In this document: in pieces, positions 43,373-52,551 of the stretch
How the letters are laid out: every line of letters starts with the position of its first letter
Position numbering within the stretch: position 1 is the first letter of the stretch
Assembly: GCA_902510055.1 (NCBI GenBank)
Contig: CABWZY010000003.1
Coordinates: 15,067-79,066 of the forward strand
Origin: an uncultured Candidatus Actinomarina sp.
Lineage (GTDB): Bacteria > Actinomycetota > Acidimicrobiia > Actinomarinales > Actinomarinaceae
Direction: 5' to 3'
Length of the DNA: 64,000 nt
Notes under the pieces: model-generated
The model's input: the letters and a program-made list of their open reading frames with translations, nothing else
Told to the model about the DNA's origin: nothing
The model's database searches: none
Translations under genes and position numbers: made by a program

Positions 43373-43400
43373 AAATCGGAAGCCCTCGTTAGAGGGCTTC
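43371..43400. terminator. GC-rich 10-bp hairpin (GGAAGCCCTC-gtta-GAGGGCTTCC), a bidirectional terminator candidate
   Basis: Perfect inverted repeat in an AT-rich setting. Flanked by an A5/T5 run on the minus side. Lies between convergent genes. Confidence 0.5.
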
Positions 43401-43476
43401 CCAACAGGGCTGCGTATCACACTTAATTGAAACGCACTAATAGAATACCATTTTTTTTTAGTAAAAGTAAAGTTAT

Positions 43477-45426
43477 TTAGCCAAAAGAAGGATTTTTTGT
43501 ATTTGGAACAAGGGAAATCCACACTTTTCCTTTTGGTACATACAATATATTGTCATTATTATCTACTATGTGGAATGGATCAAGATTTGAACCTCTTTTC
43601 CACTTTGCGTCAAGTAACTTACCTTTATGTAAAATAATTGCTCTACCTTCACCAACTGTTTTAACTGAAGGAAGCTGAAGGGGGTGGATATAAGGTTCAC
43701 AAAATAATGCAATAACAGTTGTTGCTGTAATTTGGCCTTGAGTTCCATTTTGGTTTATCCAATAGTGGATATTATTATCAGATGAATTTTTATATGCATC
43801 ATAATAGGTTCTAACATATGATGATCCATTCCAAGACCATGTTGTTGATGTATATGTTGAAAATGTTAATTTAAGAAAGGAATTGTAAGACCAACTATCT
43901 AAAGATGGATCACCCCATGGAAATAAAGGTTGTGGATTATTATATTTTTTATAACCTTTATTGATTGCAAGCTGTTTTAATTTCGATGTATCTGCATATA
44001 AATTATGTGGTGCATTTCTTGATGATATGCGAAAGTACTCTGGTCGTCTATCTGTTATTACTGGAACACCCATATCAATAATCTCAGGTATTAATCCTCC
44101 TGTAGCTCCGCTTGCAATTAATACTCCACCAACAGGTCTTAAAACAGTTGGATCTGTTGGCCTAGCTGATCTAATTGGTCCGTGATAACTTGTATCACTT
44201 TGGTAAAATATATTTATAAATCTAGTCATTCCTCCTTCAACCAAAACTTCAAAAACTGCATCTGCAGCTTGAGGTCCAGATTGAGGCCTGGCTCTAACAT
44301 TATTATCATTTTTAATGCCTATTACAATAGAGTTATTTGATCCAATTGGCATTGGAAGTCCGTTGACAGGTGAGTTATAACCCTCTGTATAATTTTGTGT
44401 AGGAACTGCGCCTAAGGAAGTATAAGTTTTTTCTTTTGTTAACGTCCAATTTTGATTCAAATATGCATCTAACTCTGCTTGTGAGTTTACTTGAGCAACA
44501 TTTCCATATCTATAAACGAATACAGGATAAAAACATGGATCAGGTACCCAGACATCATCATCGTTAACATACCCAACTAAACAGTCTAAATTAGGATTGT
44601 AGTTTATTAAATCAACAGTCAAACTTACATTTAAATTTACTGTTTCTTCTATATTTGTAACTTCTTCTGTAATAATATTTTCTTCATTAACTTCTACTGA
44701 TATAAAAGATTCTTTACCTTTATCTAAAGCTTGCTTTGTTTTAGGACCAAATATTCCATCAACCTCTAATCCTGCTTTTCTTTGAAATTCTTTAAGTGAA
44801 ACTTTTGTTTGGAATCCAAATACACCATCAATATCTCCTGTATATATTTCTAAATCTTTTAATTTTTTTTGTATATATTTTGCTTCATCAGAAATTTCAT
44901 AAAGATTTATATCTACAGTTTGTTGTCCTCCTATGTTTATATATGAACTTTCACCTTTCTTTAAAGCTTCTTTTGTCATAGGTCCTAATATTCCATCTTC
45001 AACTAACCCACTTCTTTTTTGAAATTCTTTAATCGCTAACTTTGTATATGTACCAATTACACCATCAATGTCACCTTGATAAATGAACAATTTTTTCAAT
45101 TCTCTCTGTGCATCTTCTATATTATTTACTACAACTGTTGGGATAGTTGTAGTGATTGTTGATTCTGTTGGGATAGTTGTAGTGATTGTTGATTCTGTTG
45201 GGATAGTTGTAGTGATTGTTGATTCTCTTGGGATAGTTGTAGTGATTGTTGATTCTGTTGGGATAGTTGTAGTGATTGTTGATTCTGTTGGGATAGTTGT
45301 AGTAGCTATATTTTGGCTACTTTCTATTGTGTTATTTCTGTTATTAAGGAATAAAATTAATGAAATCAAAACTAAAAAAATCAAAAAAGGGTTATTATTT
45401 TTGATTTTGTTTAAATATTTAAACAT
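43477..45426 (-). CDS. secreted/anchored protein: N-terminal TM, Thr-rich tandem-repeat linker, two peptidoglycan-binding (PG_binding_1-like) repeats, C-terminal DUF3048 (YerB-like) domain
   Basis: 649 aa. TTTIPTESTI repeated six times. GDIDGV.G..T...I..FQ PG-binding motifs. ARPQSG...VEGGMTRF...GPIRSARPTDP block shared with the neighbouring paralog. Confidence 0.75.
   Translation of the reverse strand: MFKYLNKIKNNNPFLIFLVLISLILFLNNRNNTIESSQNIATTTIPTESTITTTIPTESTITTTIPRESTITTTIPTESTITTTIPTESTITTTIPTVVVNNIEDAQRELKKLFIYQGDIDGVIGTYTKLAIKEFQKRSGLVEDGILGPMTKEALKKGESSYINIGGQQTVDINLYEISDEAKYIQKKLKDLEIYTGDIDGVFGFQTKVSLKEFQRKAGLEVDGIFGPKTKQALDKGKESFISVEVNEENIITEEVTNIEETVNLNVSLTVDLINYNPNLDCLVGYVNDDDVWVPDPCFYPVFVYRYGNVAQVNSQAELDAYLNQNWTLTKEKTYTSLGAVPTQNYTEGYNSPVNGLPMPIGSNNSIVIGIKNDNNVRARPQSGPQAADAVFEVLVEGGMTRFINIFYQSDTSYHGPIRSARPTDPTVLRPVGGVLIASGATGGLIPEIIDMGVPVITDRRPEYFRISSRNAPHNLYADTSKLKQLAINKGYKKYNNPQPLFPWGDPSLDSWSYNSFLKLTFSTYTSTTWSWNGSSYVRTYYDAYKNSSDNNIHYWINQNGTQGQITATTVIALFCEPYIHPLQLPSVKTVGEGRAIILHKGKLLDAKWKRGSNLDPFHIVDNNDNILYVPKGKVWISLVPNTKNPSFG
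45135..45307. repeat. about 5.8 perfect copies of a 30-bp tandem repeat (ctgttgggatagttgtagtgattgttgatt; one copy has a G>C change)
   Basis: Direct head-to-tail repeats inside the CDS, encoding (ESTITTTIPT)n on the minus strand. Confidence 0.95.
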
Positions 45427-45471
45427 TATCTAATAAATATAGGTGATTTTAATATTATTGTTTTAAATTAT

Positions 45472-46584
45472 TTAACTACTTGACCAATCTATTTTACCAT
45501 TATCTAAAGGTAATATATGTAACCACTGTTTACTTGGAGGTACATAAATAGCATTCTGCTCTTCATCGTAAAATTCAAATGGTTCACTTATATCATTTCG
45601 TCTCCAAGTTCCTTCAATATAATTACCATTGTTAAATATATACACAGGACCAACACCAACAGTTAAAACACTAGGTAAGGTTGTTGCTTCATCTATATAA
45701 ATTGGACCTTGGATAACAACAATTGTTTCTGTTTGTAAAATTTGAGTAGTTTCATCTCTGGTTATTATATTGTGAGCAACTGCTTCTTTTGAAGACGTAT
45801 ATCCGTCAATAATAAATCTTGAATACTTTGTACCATCTAATTTCCATATTATTGTTGTAAAATCACTATATTCAATTGTTACTCTGTTAGAACCTGAATT
45901 CCAGTTATTTTGATTTTTACCAAAACTATAAAGTGGTCCAGGTGGTGGATTGAAAGGAAATCCTTTCTCATCAACTAATTCTCTGATTAATTCTGTATCG
46001 CCATATAAATTATGTGGAGCACTTCTAGAAGTTATTCTAAACATAGCTGGAGCAGGTTGTTCTTCTAAAACAGCAACTCCTAATTCTCTTATTTGAGGTA
46101 CTAATCCTGGTGTTGCTCCAGACACTACTAAGATTCCACCGTATGGCCTTACTAAAGTTGGATCTGTTGGTCTTGCTGATCTAATTGGTCCAAGGTAATC
46201 ACTTGTTTTATCATAGAAAAAAGCTAAAAATCTTGTCATTCCACCTTCTACTAATATTTCATGTACTGAATCAGCATCTTCTAAACCTGACTGAGGTCTA
46301 GCGTTTAGATTGTTATCTATTTTGAAAGCTAATATTCTTCTTGGTCTTTTTAACCATAATTCAGGAGGAAGTTCTAACCCTGTAAAGGGAGACATCTTTT
46401 CTTCATCAAATACATATAATTCCGCAATTGAGGTAGTAGTAGTATCACTTACTTCTTTTTCTATAGTTGTAACCGTAGTTGTTACTTTATCTGTTATATC
46501 AGAATTTTGGGATTCATCATTATTATCTGCTGATGAACAAGATAGAATAATAAAAGCAAGTAAAAGAACTTTTAAATTTTTCAT
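45472..46584 (-). CDS. DUF3048 (YerB-like) lipoprotein, paralog of the upstream gene
   Basis: 370 aa. Lipobox ILSC. Thr-rich linker. The same ARPQSG/VEGGMTRF/GPIRSARPTDP/SRSAPHNLY blocks. Confidence 0.75.
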   Translation of the reverse strand: MKNLKVLLLAFIILSCSSADNNDESQNSDITDKVTTTVTTIEKEVSDTTTTSIAELYVFDEEKMSPFTGLELPPELWLKRPRRILAFKIDNNLNARPQSGLEDADSVHEILVEGGMTRFLAFFYDKTSDYLGPIRSARPTDPTLVRPYGGILVVSGATPGLVPQIRELGVAVLEEQPAPAMFRITSRSAPHNLYGDTELIRELVDEKGFPFNPPPGPLYSFGKNQNNWNSGSNRVTIEYSDFTTIIWKLDGTKYSRFIIDGYTSSKEAVAHNIITRDETTQILQTETIVVIQGPIYIDEATTLPSVLTVGVGPVYIFNNGNYIEGTWRRNDISEPFEFYDEEQNAIYVPPSKQWLHILPLDNGKIDWSSS

Positions 46585-46628
46585 AATTTTATATTAGCCG
46601 GTTAATACATATTTAATATAAATATTTT

Positions 46629-48278
46629 TTATAGAACAGCTGAAAAGCCAAGTTTAATAAAGTTTATTATTGTTTTATCTATTTGAAAATAAGTTAAGTT
46701 TTTAAAGACTTTTTTTCCTTTTTTATTAGTAACAAACCATAAAGGATCTATAAGATTTGACATTCTAAATTTTGAATAAACAATACCATTTTCAACAGAT
46801 TCAAAAAACAATGAATTGTGGACAAAATCTTGACCGCTTTGTATATCATTATCTTTATTTCCGGGAAAACCTCCCCATGGCAATGTTGGAATGATAAAAC
46901 CAATCGCAGACCATTCATTTATAGCAACTGTTCCATATTTTAATTCATTCACGTAGAGGTCTGAAATATGTTTATTTTTCTTATTTTTGTATTTTTTAAA
47001 TAAAACAGTAGCTCCTAAGTTACCCCATAAAGTATTGTTACAATAATCAATTACATTTTGTGCGTACTCAAAATCATTGGTGAAAGGTATTTGCTTAAAA
47101 TATATTGATGTTCCCCACACTTCACTGGTTTCAAATTTACTATAAGCTTTTATTTCTCTAGATAAGTGAGGTGTTGCACATGTAACATCATTTAATCTTT
47201 CATAATTATTATCTTTTTCAAGAGAACTTAATTTTTCTATACTATTTGGATAATAAGAAAATCTATCATCTATATTTTTCATATAGTGTTTAACGTATTT
47301 CATTAATTTTTTAGTATGTTTCCAACCATCGGGTAAAACCACGATTTGCGCTGATATACAATTAAAACCACCGTTATTTAATTTTGCTGTAACTATTTTT
47401 CGAGCCTGGTGCTTGATCTCGGAATTTGTCCAATTTCCTGGATGAATAATAATTGGTGTAACATTACCTAGTTCACTTGAAAATGATTTTTTATTTTTTT
47501 TAGTTAATGTTTTGAGACTTTTATCTTTTTCTTTTAATTTTTTACCATAAACTATATTTTCATAAGTTTCATCAGATCCAGTTAAGTGGATATGGTCTAT
47601 ACCTTTATGGTCAACCATATATTTTGATTCTTCAGTGGTACCTTTAGTAACAACCATGTATCCTAGTGAAATAAAATTTTCAAATACTTTTTCATATACA
47701 GGTAGGAGATATTCGTTTACAGGATTTAATTTTAAATATATAACTGATCTTTTTGTAACTAGATGAAAAATGGTATCAAGCAGTGGTATGCATGAAACAT
47801 TTCCAGCACCTAATACTAAAGTTGTAGATGGCTTATGAGGATATCTCATAGCAAAACCTCTATAATTTTCAATTTCATTAAAGTTAATATTTTTGTTAAA
47901 TTTAACTTCTGCAGAAATAAATGGAAAAAATATTTTTTCTAAATTATTATTAGGAAAAACTTTATAAGTATTATTTTTATAATTAAATAAATCTTTATCC
48001 AAAGGTTTATTAAAATCTTTCAAAGTTTCAATATAATATTGTAATGCGAAAACTGACGCAAAAGGGCCTCCTAACCATTCTTCTCCTTCAGCTATAGTAT
48101 TTGTAACTCCTTTATTTTCTGCTGCTACTGTGGCCCAATAATATGCAATACTTTTAATATTCTGAATACATTCTTCAAACATTGTTATTAATTTTGCATT
48201 ATCAATTTCTGAAAATTCTTTTGCATTAACTCTCAATGAATTAATATTTCTGTCAATATCTAATTTTGTTAAGACCAT
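46629..48278 (-). CDS. divergent aldehyde dehydrogenase-superfamily protein
   Basis: 549 aa. GAGNVS, ELGNVTP and NGGFNCISAQ motifs resemble the ALDH ELGGKSP and catalytic-Cys motifs. Lies 9 nt downstream of gcvPB. Confidence 0.5.
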   Translation of the reverse strand: MVLTKLDIDRNINSLRVNAKEFSEIDNAKLITMFEECIQNIKSIAYYWATVAAENKGVTNTIAEGEEWLGGPFASVFALQYYIETLKDFNKPLDKDLFNYKNNTYKVFPNNNLEKIFFPFISAEVKFNKNINFNEIENYRGFAMRYPHKPSTTLVLGAGNVSCIPLLDTIFHLVTKRSVIYLKLNPVNEYLLPVYEKVFENFISLGYMVVTKGTTEESKYMVDHKGIDHIHLTGSDETYENIVYGKKLKEKDKSLKTLTKKNKKSFSSELGNVTPIIIHPGNWTNSEIKHQARKIVTAKLNNGGFNCISAQIVVLPDGWKHTKKLMKYVKHYMKNIDDRFSYYPNSIEKLSSLEKDNNYERLNDVTCATPHLSREIKAYSKFETSEVWGTSIYFKQIPFTNDFEYAQNVIDYCNNTLWGNLGATVLFKKYKNKKNKHISDLYVNELKYGTVAINEWSAIGFIIPTLPWGGFPGNKDNDIQSGQDFVHNSLFFESVENGIVYSKFRMSNLIDPLWFVTNKKGKKVFKNLTYFQIDKTIINFIKLGFSAVL

Positions 48279-48287
48279 ATCTATATC

Positions 48288-49793
48288 TTATTCAGTAATT
48301 TCAAGAAGTTCAAAATCTCCCCAGTTAACAGTCAGATGTTTTGCAGGAATTAGTTCATTTGGTCGCCCAACTGGTAGATTTTTAGGATATTGTGTTAATT
48401 TATCATTATTAATTTTTAAATCTTCAATAATTTCATTTAAAGTCTGTGCTAATTCATCTAATGTTTCTAATGTTTGCGTTTCTGTTGGTTCAAACATTAA
48501 TGCTTCATCAATTATTAAAGGAAAATAAATTGTTGGAGAGTGAAATCCTCTATCTAATAATGCCTTTCCTATATCGTAAGCTTTTATTTTATGTGATTTT
48601 TTTAGTTTTTTAGAGGTACTTACAAATTCATGCATACAAGGTTTTGTATAAGCTAATGGCAAAACTTTAGATATAACTGATGACAAATATCTTGCATTTA
48701 ATACAGCAAATGATCCTAGAGTATCTAGACCTTCTTTCCCCAATAATTTCATATAAGCCAATGCTCGTAAAGCAACTAGAAAGTTGCCATGATATCCATG
48801 CATCCTTCCAATTGATTTTTCAGGGAAGTACCATTCATAATCTTCTTTACTTTTCTTAACTATAGGCCCAGGTAAATATTCTTTTAAAAATTCTTTAACT
48901 GCTACTGGACCTGATCCTGGTCCACCACCACCATGAGGAGTAGCAAATGTTTTATGTAAGTTTGAATGTACAATATCGAAACCCATATCGCCTGGTCTGC
49001 ATATACCTACTATTGCATTAAGATTTGCTCCGTCATAATATAATAAGCCATCAACACTATGAATAATGTCAGCTATTTCAATAATATCTTCTTCAAATAA
49101 TCCACCAGTATTTGGGTTAGTTAACATTAAACCTGCTGTATCTTTATTTACTAATTTCTTTAATTCTTGAACATCAATTAAACCTTCTTCATTGGTGGCA
49201 ACCTCTATAACTTCAAAACCTGCCATTTTTGCTGATGCAGGATTAGTACCATGTGCTGAATCAGGAACTATTATATTTTTTTTATTATCAAAGTTATTTT
49301 CAATTAAATATTTTTTAATAATTAACAGGCCTGTTAATTCACCAGATGCTCCAGCAGGTGGTTGAAAGCTTGCATAATCCATACCTGTTATTTTTGTTAA
49401 ATAATCTTCCAAAACATTTAATACTTCTAACGCTCCTTGAGTCTGTTTTTGCGGAGCTGCTGGGTGCAGATTGGAAAACCCGTCTAATGAAGCAACCCAA
49501 TCAGCAAACCTAGGGTTGTATTTCATCGTGCAGGAACCTAATGGATAAAAACCTAAATCAACAGCAAAATTACGATGAGCTAGTCTAGAGAAATGCATCA
49601 CTAAATCATGTTCTGATACCTCAGGTAATGGAGCTTTCTCAATCTTTAAACATTCATGATCTATTGTCTCCTCATCAACGTCTAGTTTTGGATAATTGAA
49701 TGCTCTTCTACCAGGTTTTGATAATTCTTTAATGGTTGGCTCAGGTAAACCTCCTACTAAAGGTAATGAACTTGCGTTACCACCACTAATCAT
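48288..49793 (-). CDS. gcvPB: glycine dehydrogenase (decarboxylating) subunit 2
   Basis: 501 aa. PLP-binding C-terminal half of the P-protein. Confidence 0.9.
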   Translation of the reverse strand: MISGGNASSLPLVGGLPEPTIKELSKPGRRAFNYPKLDVDEETIDHECLKIEKAPLPEVSEHDLVMHFSRLAHRNFAVDLGFYPLGSCTMKYNPRFADWVASLDGFSNLHPAAPQKQTQGALEVLNVLEDYLTKITGMDYASFQPPAGASGELTGLLIIKKYLIENNFDNKKNIIVPDSAHGTNPASAKMAGFEVIEVATNEEGLIDVQELKKLVNKDTAGLMLTNPNTGGLFEEDIIEIADIIHSVDGLLYYDGANLNAIVGICRPGDMGFDIVHSNLHKTFATPHGGGGPGSGPVAVKEFLKEYLPGPIVKKSKEDYEWYFPEKSIGRMHGYHGNFLVALRALAYMKLLGKEGLDTLGSFAVLNARYLSSVISKVLPLAYTKPCMHEFVSTSKKLKKSHKIKAYDIGKALLDRGFHSPTIYFPLIIDEALMFEPTETQTLETLDELAQTLNEIIEDLKINNDKLTQYPKNLPVGRPNELIPAKHLTVNWGDFELLEITE

Positions 49794-51093
49794 TATTTAC
49801 CTCTATGTAATTGTCGATATATTTATCTATTTCTTTTTTTGTACGTTTCTCAGTAACAGCAATTAATAAATGATTATCATCATATTTTATTCCAGCAAGA
49901 ATCCCTTTCTCAGCCATTAAATCAATAATAATTTCAGGATCTTTCGTTGTTTCTATTACGAATTCTCGTATTGAAGAGTCTTTGTTAATAACATTAACCT
50001 TTTTATCTATAAACAATTTTTTCATATAATTTGCTTTTTGCATTGCATGATAACCCATTGAATATATGCCTTCAGGTCCCAACCAACATAAATGTATTGC
50101 AGACCCAATTGCATTTAATGTCTGATTAGTACATATATTTGATGATGCTTTTTCTCTTCTTATGTCCTGTTCTCTTGCTCTTAGTGTCATAACATAAGTT
50201 TTAAGATTATTTGAATCTCTCGTTTCACCAATTATTCTTCCAGGAACTAACCTTGCAAATTCTTTTTTTGTAGCGAACCAACCTACAGTTGGTCCACCGT
50301 ATGATAACGGTGTTCCTATAGACTGACCTTCAGCAACTACAATATCAAATCCCATATTTCCAGGAGTTTTTAATATTCCTAAAAGAGTTGGATCCACGTA
50401 ACAGATAGAAACAACTCCTTTATCCTTAGCTCTCGTAACTAAATCTGTTAAATCTTGTGCTGATCCGTTGTAATGTGGATAACTAACAACAAACGCTGCA
50501 TCATCTTCTGTAAATAAATAATCATCTGGAAATCTATCATCTTTGAGGGTTATATATTTTAAATTAAATTTATCTGAATCAATTAAGGTATCAACTACTT
50601 CTTTACTATTGGGATTAAAACTATTAGATATAACTACCCCATCTCGTTTTGTTTTATTTATAGCAACAGAAATGGCTTCTGCAATTGATGTAGCACCATC
50701 GTAAAGCGAAGCATTAGCTAATTCCATTTCAGTTAAATCACACACTAGAGACTGAAACTCAAATAAAGCTTGCAATACTCCTTGTGATATTTCAGGTTGA
50801 TAAGGTGTGTAAGATGTCATAAACTCTGGTCTCATAGTTAAAGTTTTTACAGTATGAGGTAAGAAAACATCATAATGTCCCCCACCAGCGAAACATATTA
50901 AATCTGTTTTATTTTTGTTGGATATTTTTTCAAAATATTCTATTGCTTCTAATTCAGAAATTGAATCAGGTACATCTATACCTTTTTCTAACAAAAGCTG
51001 TTTGGGTATGTGTGTAAATAGTTCATCTAATGAACTAATTTTTAACTCTTTAAATATTCTTTTTATGTCAATGTCAGAGTGTGGTACATACAT
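49786..51093 (-). CDS. gcvPA: glycine dehydrogenase (decarboxylating) subunit 1
   Basis: 435 aa. N-terminal half of the P-protein. Confidence 0.9.
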   Translation of the reverse strand: MYVPHSDIDIKRIFKELKISSLDELFTHIPKQLLLEKGIDVPDSISELEAIEYFEKISNKNKTDLICFAGGGHYDVFLPHTVKTLTMRPEFMTSYTPYQPEISQGVLQALFEFQSLVCDLTEMELANASLYDGATSIAEAISVAINKTKRDGVVISNSFNPNSKEVVDTLIDSDKFNLKYITLKDDRFPDDYLFTEDDAAFVVSYPHYNGSAQDLTDLVTRAKDKGVVSICYVDPTLLGILKTPGNMGFDIVVAEGQSIGTPLSYGGPTVGWFATKKEFARLVPGRIIGETRDSNNLKTYVMTLRAREQDIRREKASSNICTNQTLNAIGSAIHLCWLGPEGIYSMGYHAMQKANYMKKLFIDKKVNVINKDSSIREFVIETTKDPEIIIDLMAEKGILAGIKYDDNHLLIAVTEKRTKKEIDKYIDNYIEVNND

Positions 51094-52115
51094 TAGTTTA
51101 AAAACCTTTTATTTATTATTTGTCCTTCTAATAAGTTACCACGTATATCAAACTCTAATAAATTACTTTCAGGGAGACTATCTAATAATACGAAACCAAT
51201 GGATTTTTCTAATATTGGTGAGTAATTCCCAGAAGTCACAACCCCGGAAACATTATTATTCTTCACCTCTGTACCCGTTCTTGGTATTCTTTTTGATTCG
51301 AGTATAAATTTTTTTAAATATTTATGTTCTCCGCTTTTGATTTGCTCATCAATTTTATTTTTACCTAAATAGTTATCATTATTATTAATTACCCATTTCA
51401 AATTAGCTTCAACAGGAGATATTTTTTCAGTAAGTTCAAAACCATACAGTGGTAAAGAAGCCTCCAATCTAAGAGTATCTCTTGAACCTAAACCACATGG
51501 TTTTATATTGTTTTCTATTAAAAATTTTAAAACTTGATCTGTATGTATGTTTTCATACATTATTTCAAGACCGTCTTCTCCTGTGTAGCCTGTCCTTGCA
51601 TATGTAAAAGTTTTATTATATTTTGTAGAAAATTTATCAGGTATTTCTAATAAAGTTTTTAATAATTCAATAGATTGAGGTCCTTGTATAGCTATCAATG
51701 AAGTTTCAAATGTAATATCTTTATATGAAATTTCATTATTAGTTAAATGCGTAGTAATTTTATCTCTATTTATTGCATTACATATTAATATTATGTGCGT
51801 TTCAAATTTCCAAAATATAACGTCATCCAAAGCATTTCCTTCTTCGTTAGTAAATATTGAATACATTGCTTTAGTGCTTTTTAATTTTATTAAGTCAGAG
51901 CATATTAATTTATTAACATTTTCTATTTCATTATTTTCTATATATATTCTGCCCATATGTGAAACATCAAAAAAACCTGATTCAGTTCTTACATAATTGT
52001 GTTCTTTAATTGTTCCTTCATAAGAAAAAGGCATAAGCCAACCTGCAAATTCTATCATTTTTGCTTTTTGTTCTTGGTGGAATTTATATAAGGATGTGGT
52101 TAGCAAGTCATTCAT
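51093..52115 (-). CDS. gcvT: aminomethyltransferase (glycine cleavage T protein)
   Basis: 340 aa. GcvT fold blocks (FDVSHMG). Confidence 0.9.
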   Translation of the reverse strand: MNDLLTTSLYKFHQEQKAKMIEFAGWLMPFSYEGTIKEHNYVRTESGFFDVSHMGRIYIENNEIENVNKLICSDLIKLKSTKAMYSIFTNEEGNALDDVIFWKFETHIILICNAINRDKITTHLTNNEISYKDITFETSLIAIQGPQSIELLKTLLEIPDKFSTKYNKTFTYARTGYTGEDGLEIMYENIHTDQVLKFLIENNIKPCGLGSRDTLRLEASLPLYGFELTEKISPVEANLKWVINNNDNYLGKNKIDEQIKSGEHKYLKKFILESKRIPRTGTEVKNNNVSGVVTSGNYSPILEKSIGFVLLDSLPESNLLEFDIRGNLLEGQIINKRFLN

Positions 52116-52477
52116 TAAGATATGAAAGATTCATATTCTTGATAACTCATTCCAGTATCATCTAAATTTTTTATATCAGCTTTAACAAGCCAGCCTGTAC
52201 CACAAGGATCCGTATTAATAATTTCTGGTTGACTATCTAAGTCTAAATTTATTTCAGTTATTACACAATCCATAGGTGCGTATGCCTCTGCGACAGTTTT
52301 TGTTGCCTCAATTTCTATCATTGAATCACCTTTGTTAAATTCTTCACCTACATTAGGTAATGTAACAAATACAATATCTCCAAGTTCACCTTGTGCGAAA
52401 TCTGATATACCAACAGTAATATTGTTATCATTAATTGAATACCATTCATGAGTTTCTAAATATTTTTTATCTGTCAA
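52115..52477 (-). CDS. gcvH: glycine cleavage system H protein
   Basis: 120 aa. Lipoyl-lysine motif (EATKTV). Confidence 0.9.
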   Translation of the reverse strand: MTDKKYLETHEWYSINDNNITVGISDFAQGELGDIVFVTLPNVGEEFNKGDSMIEIEATKTVAEAYAPMDCVITEINLDLDSQPEIINTDPCGTGWLVKADIKNLDDTGMSYQEYESFIS

Positions 52478-52551
52478 TGTTCTCCTATTTATTATTTACA
52501 AATGGAATTATATCATTTTTTATTAAAATTTAATAAAGCACTTAGCTGTTT

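Noticed and set aside
45083-45433. Plus-strand ORF with a VGIVVVIVDS repeat, and the possibility of a CRISPR array
   Set aside because: It is the antisense reading of the 30-bp tandem repeats inside a well-supported minus-strand gene. The repeats are direct and contiguous with no spacers, so this is not a CRISPR.
52478-52551. Possible glycine riboswitch upstream of gcvH
   Set aside because: The leader is only 74 nt and lacks the GGAGAG/CACCG aptamer cores.
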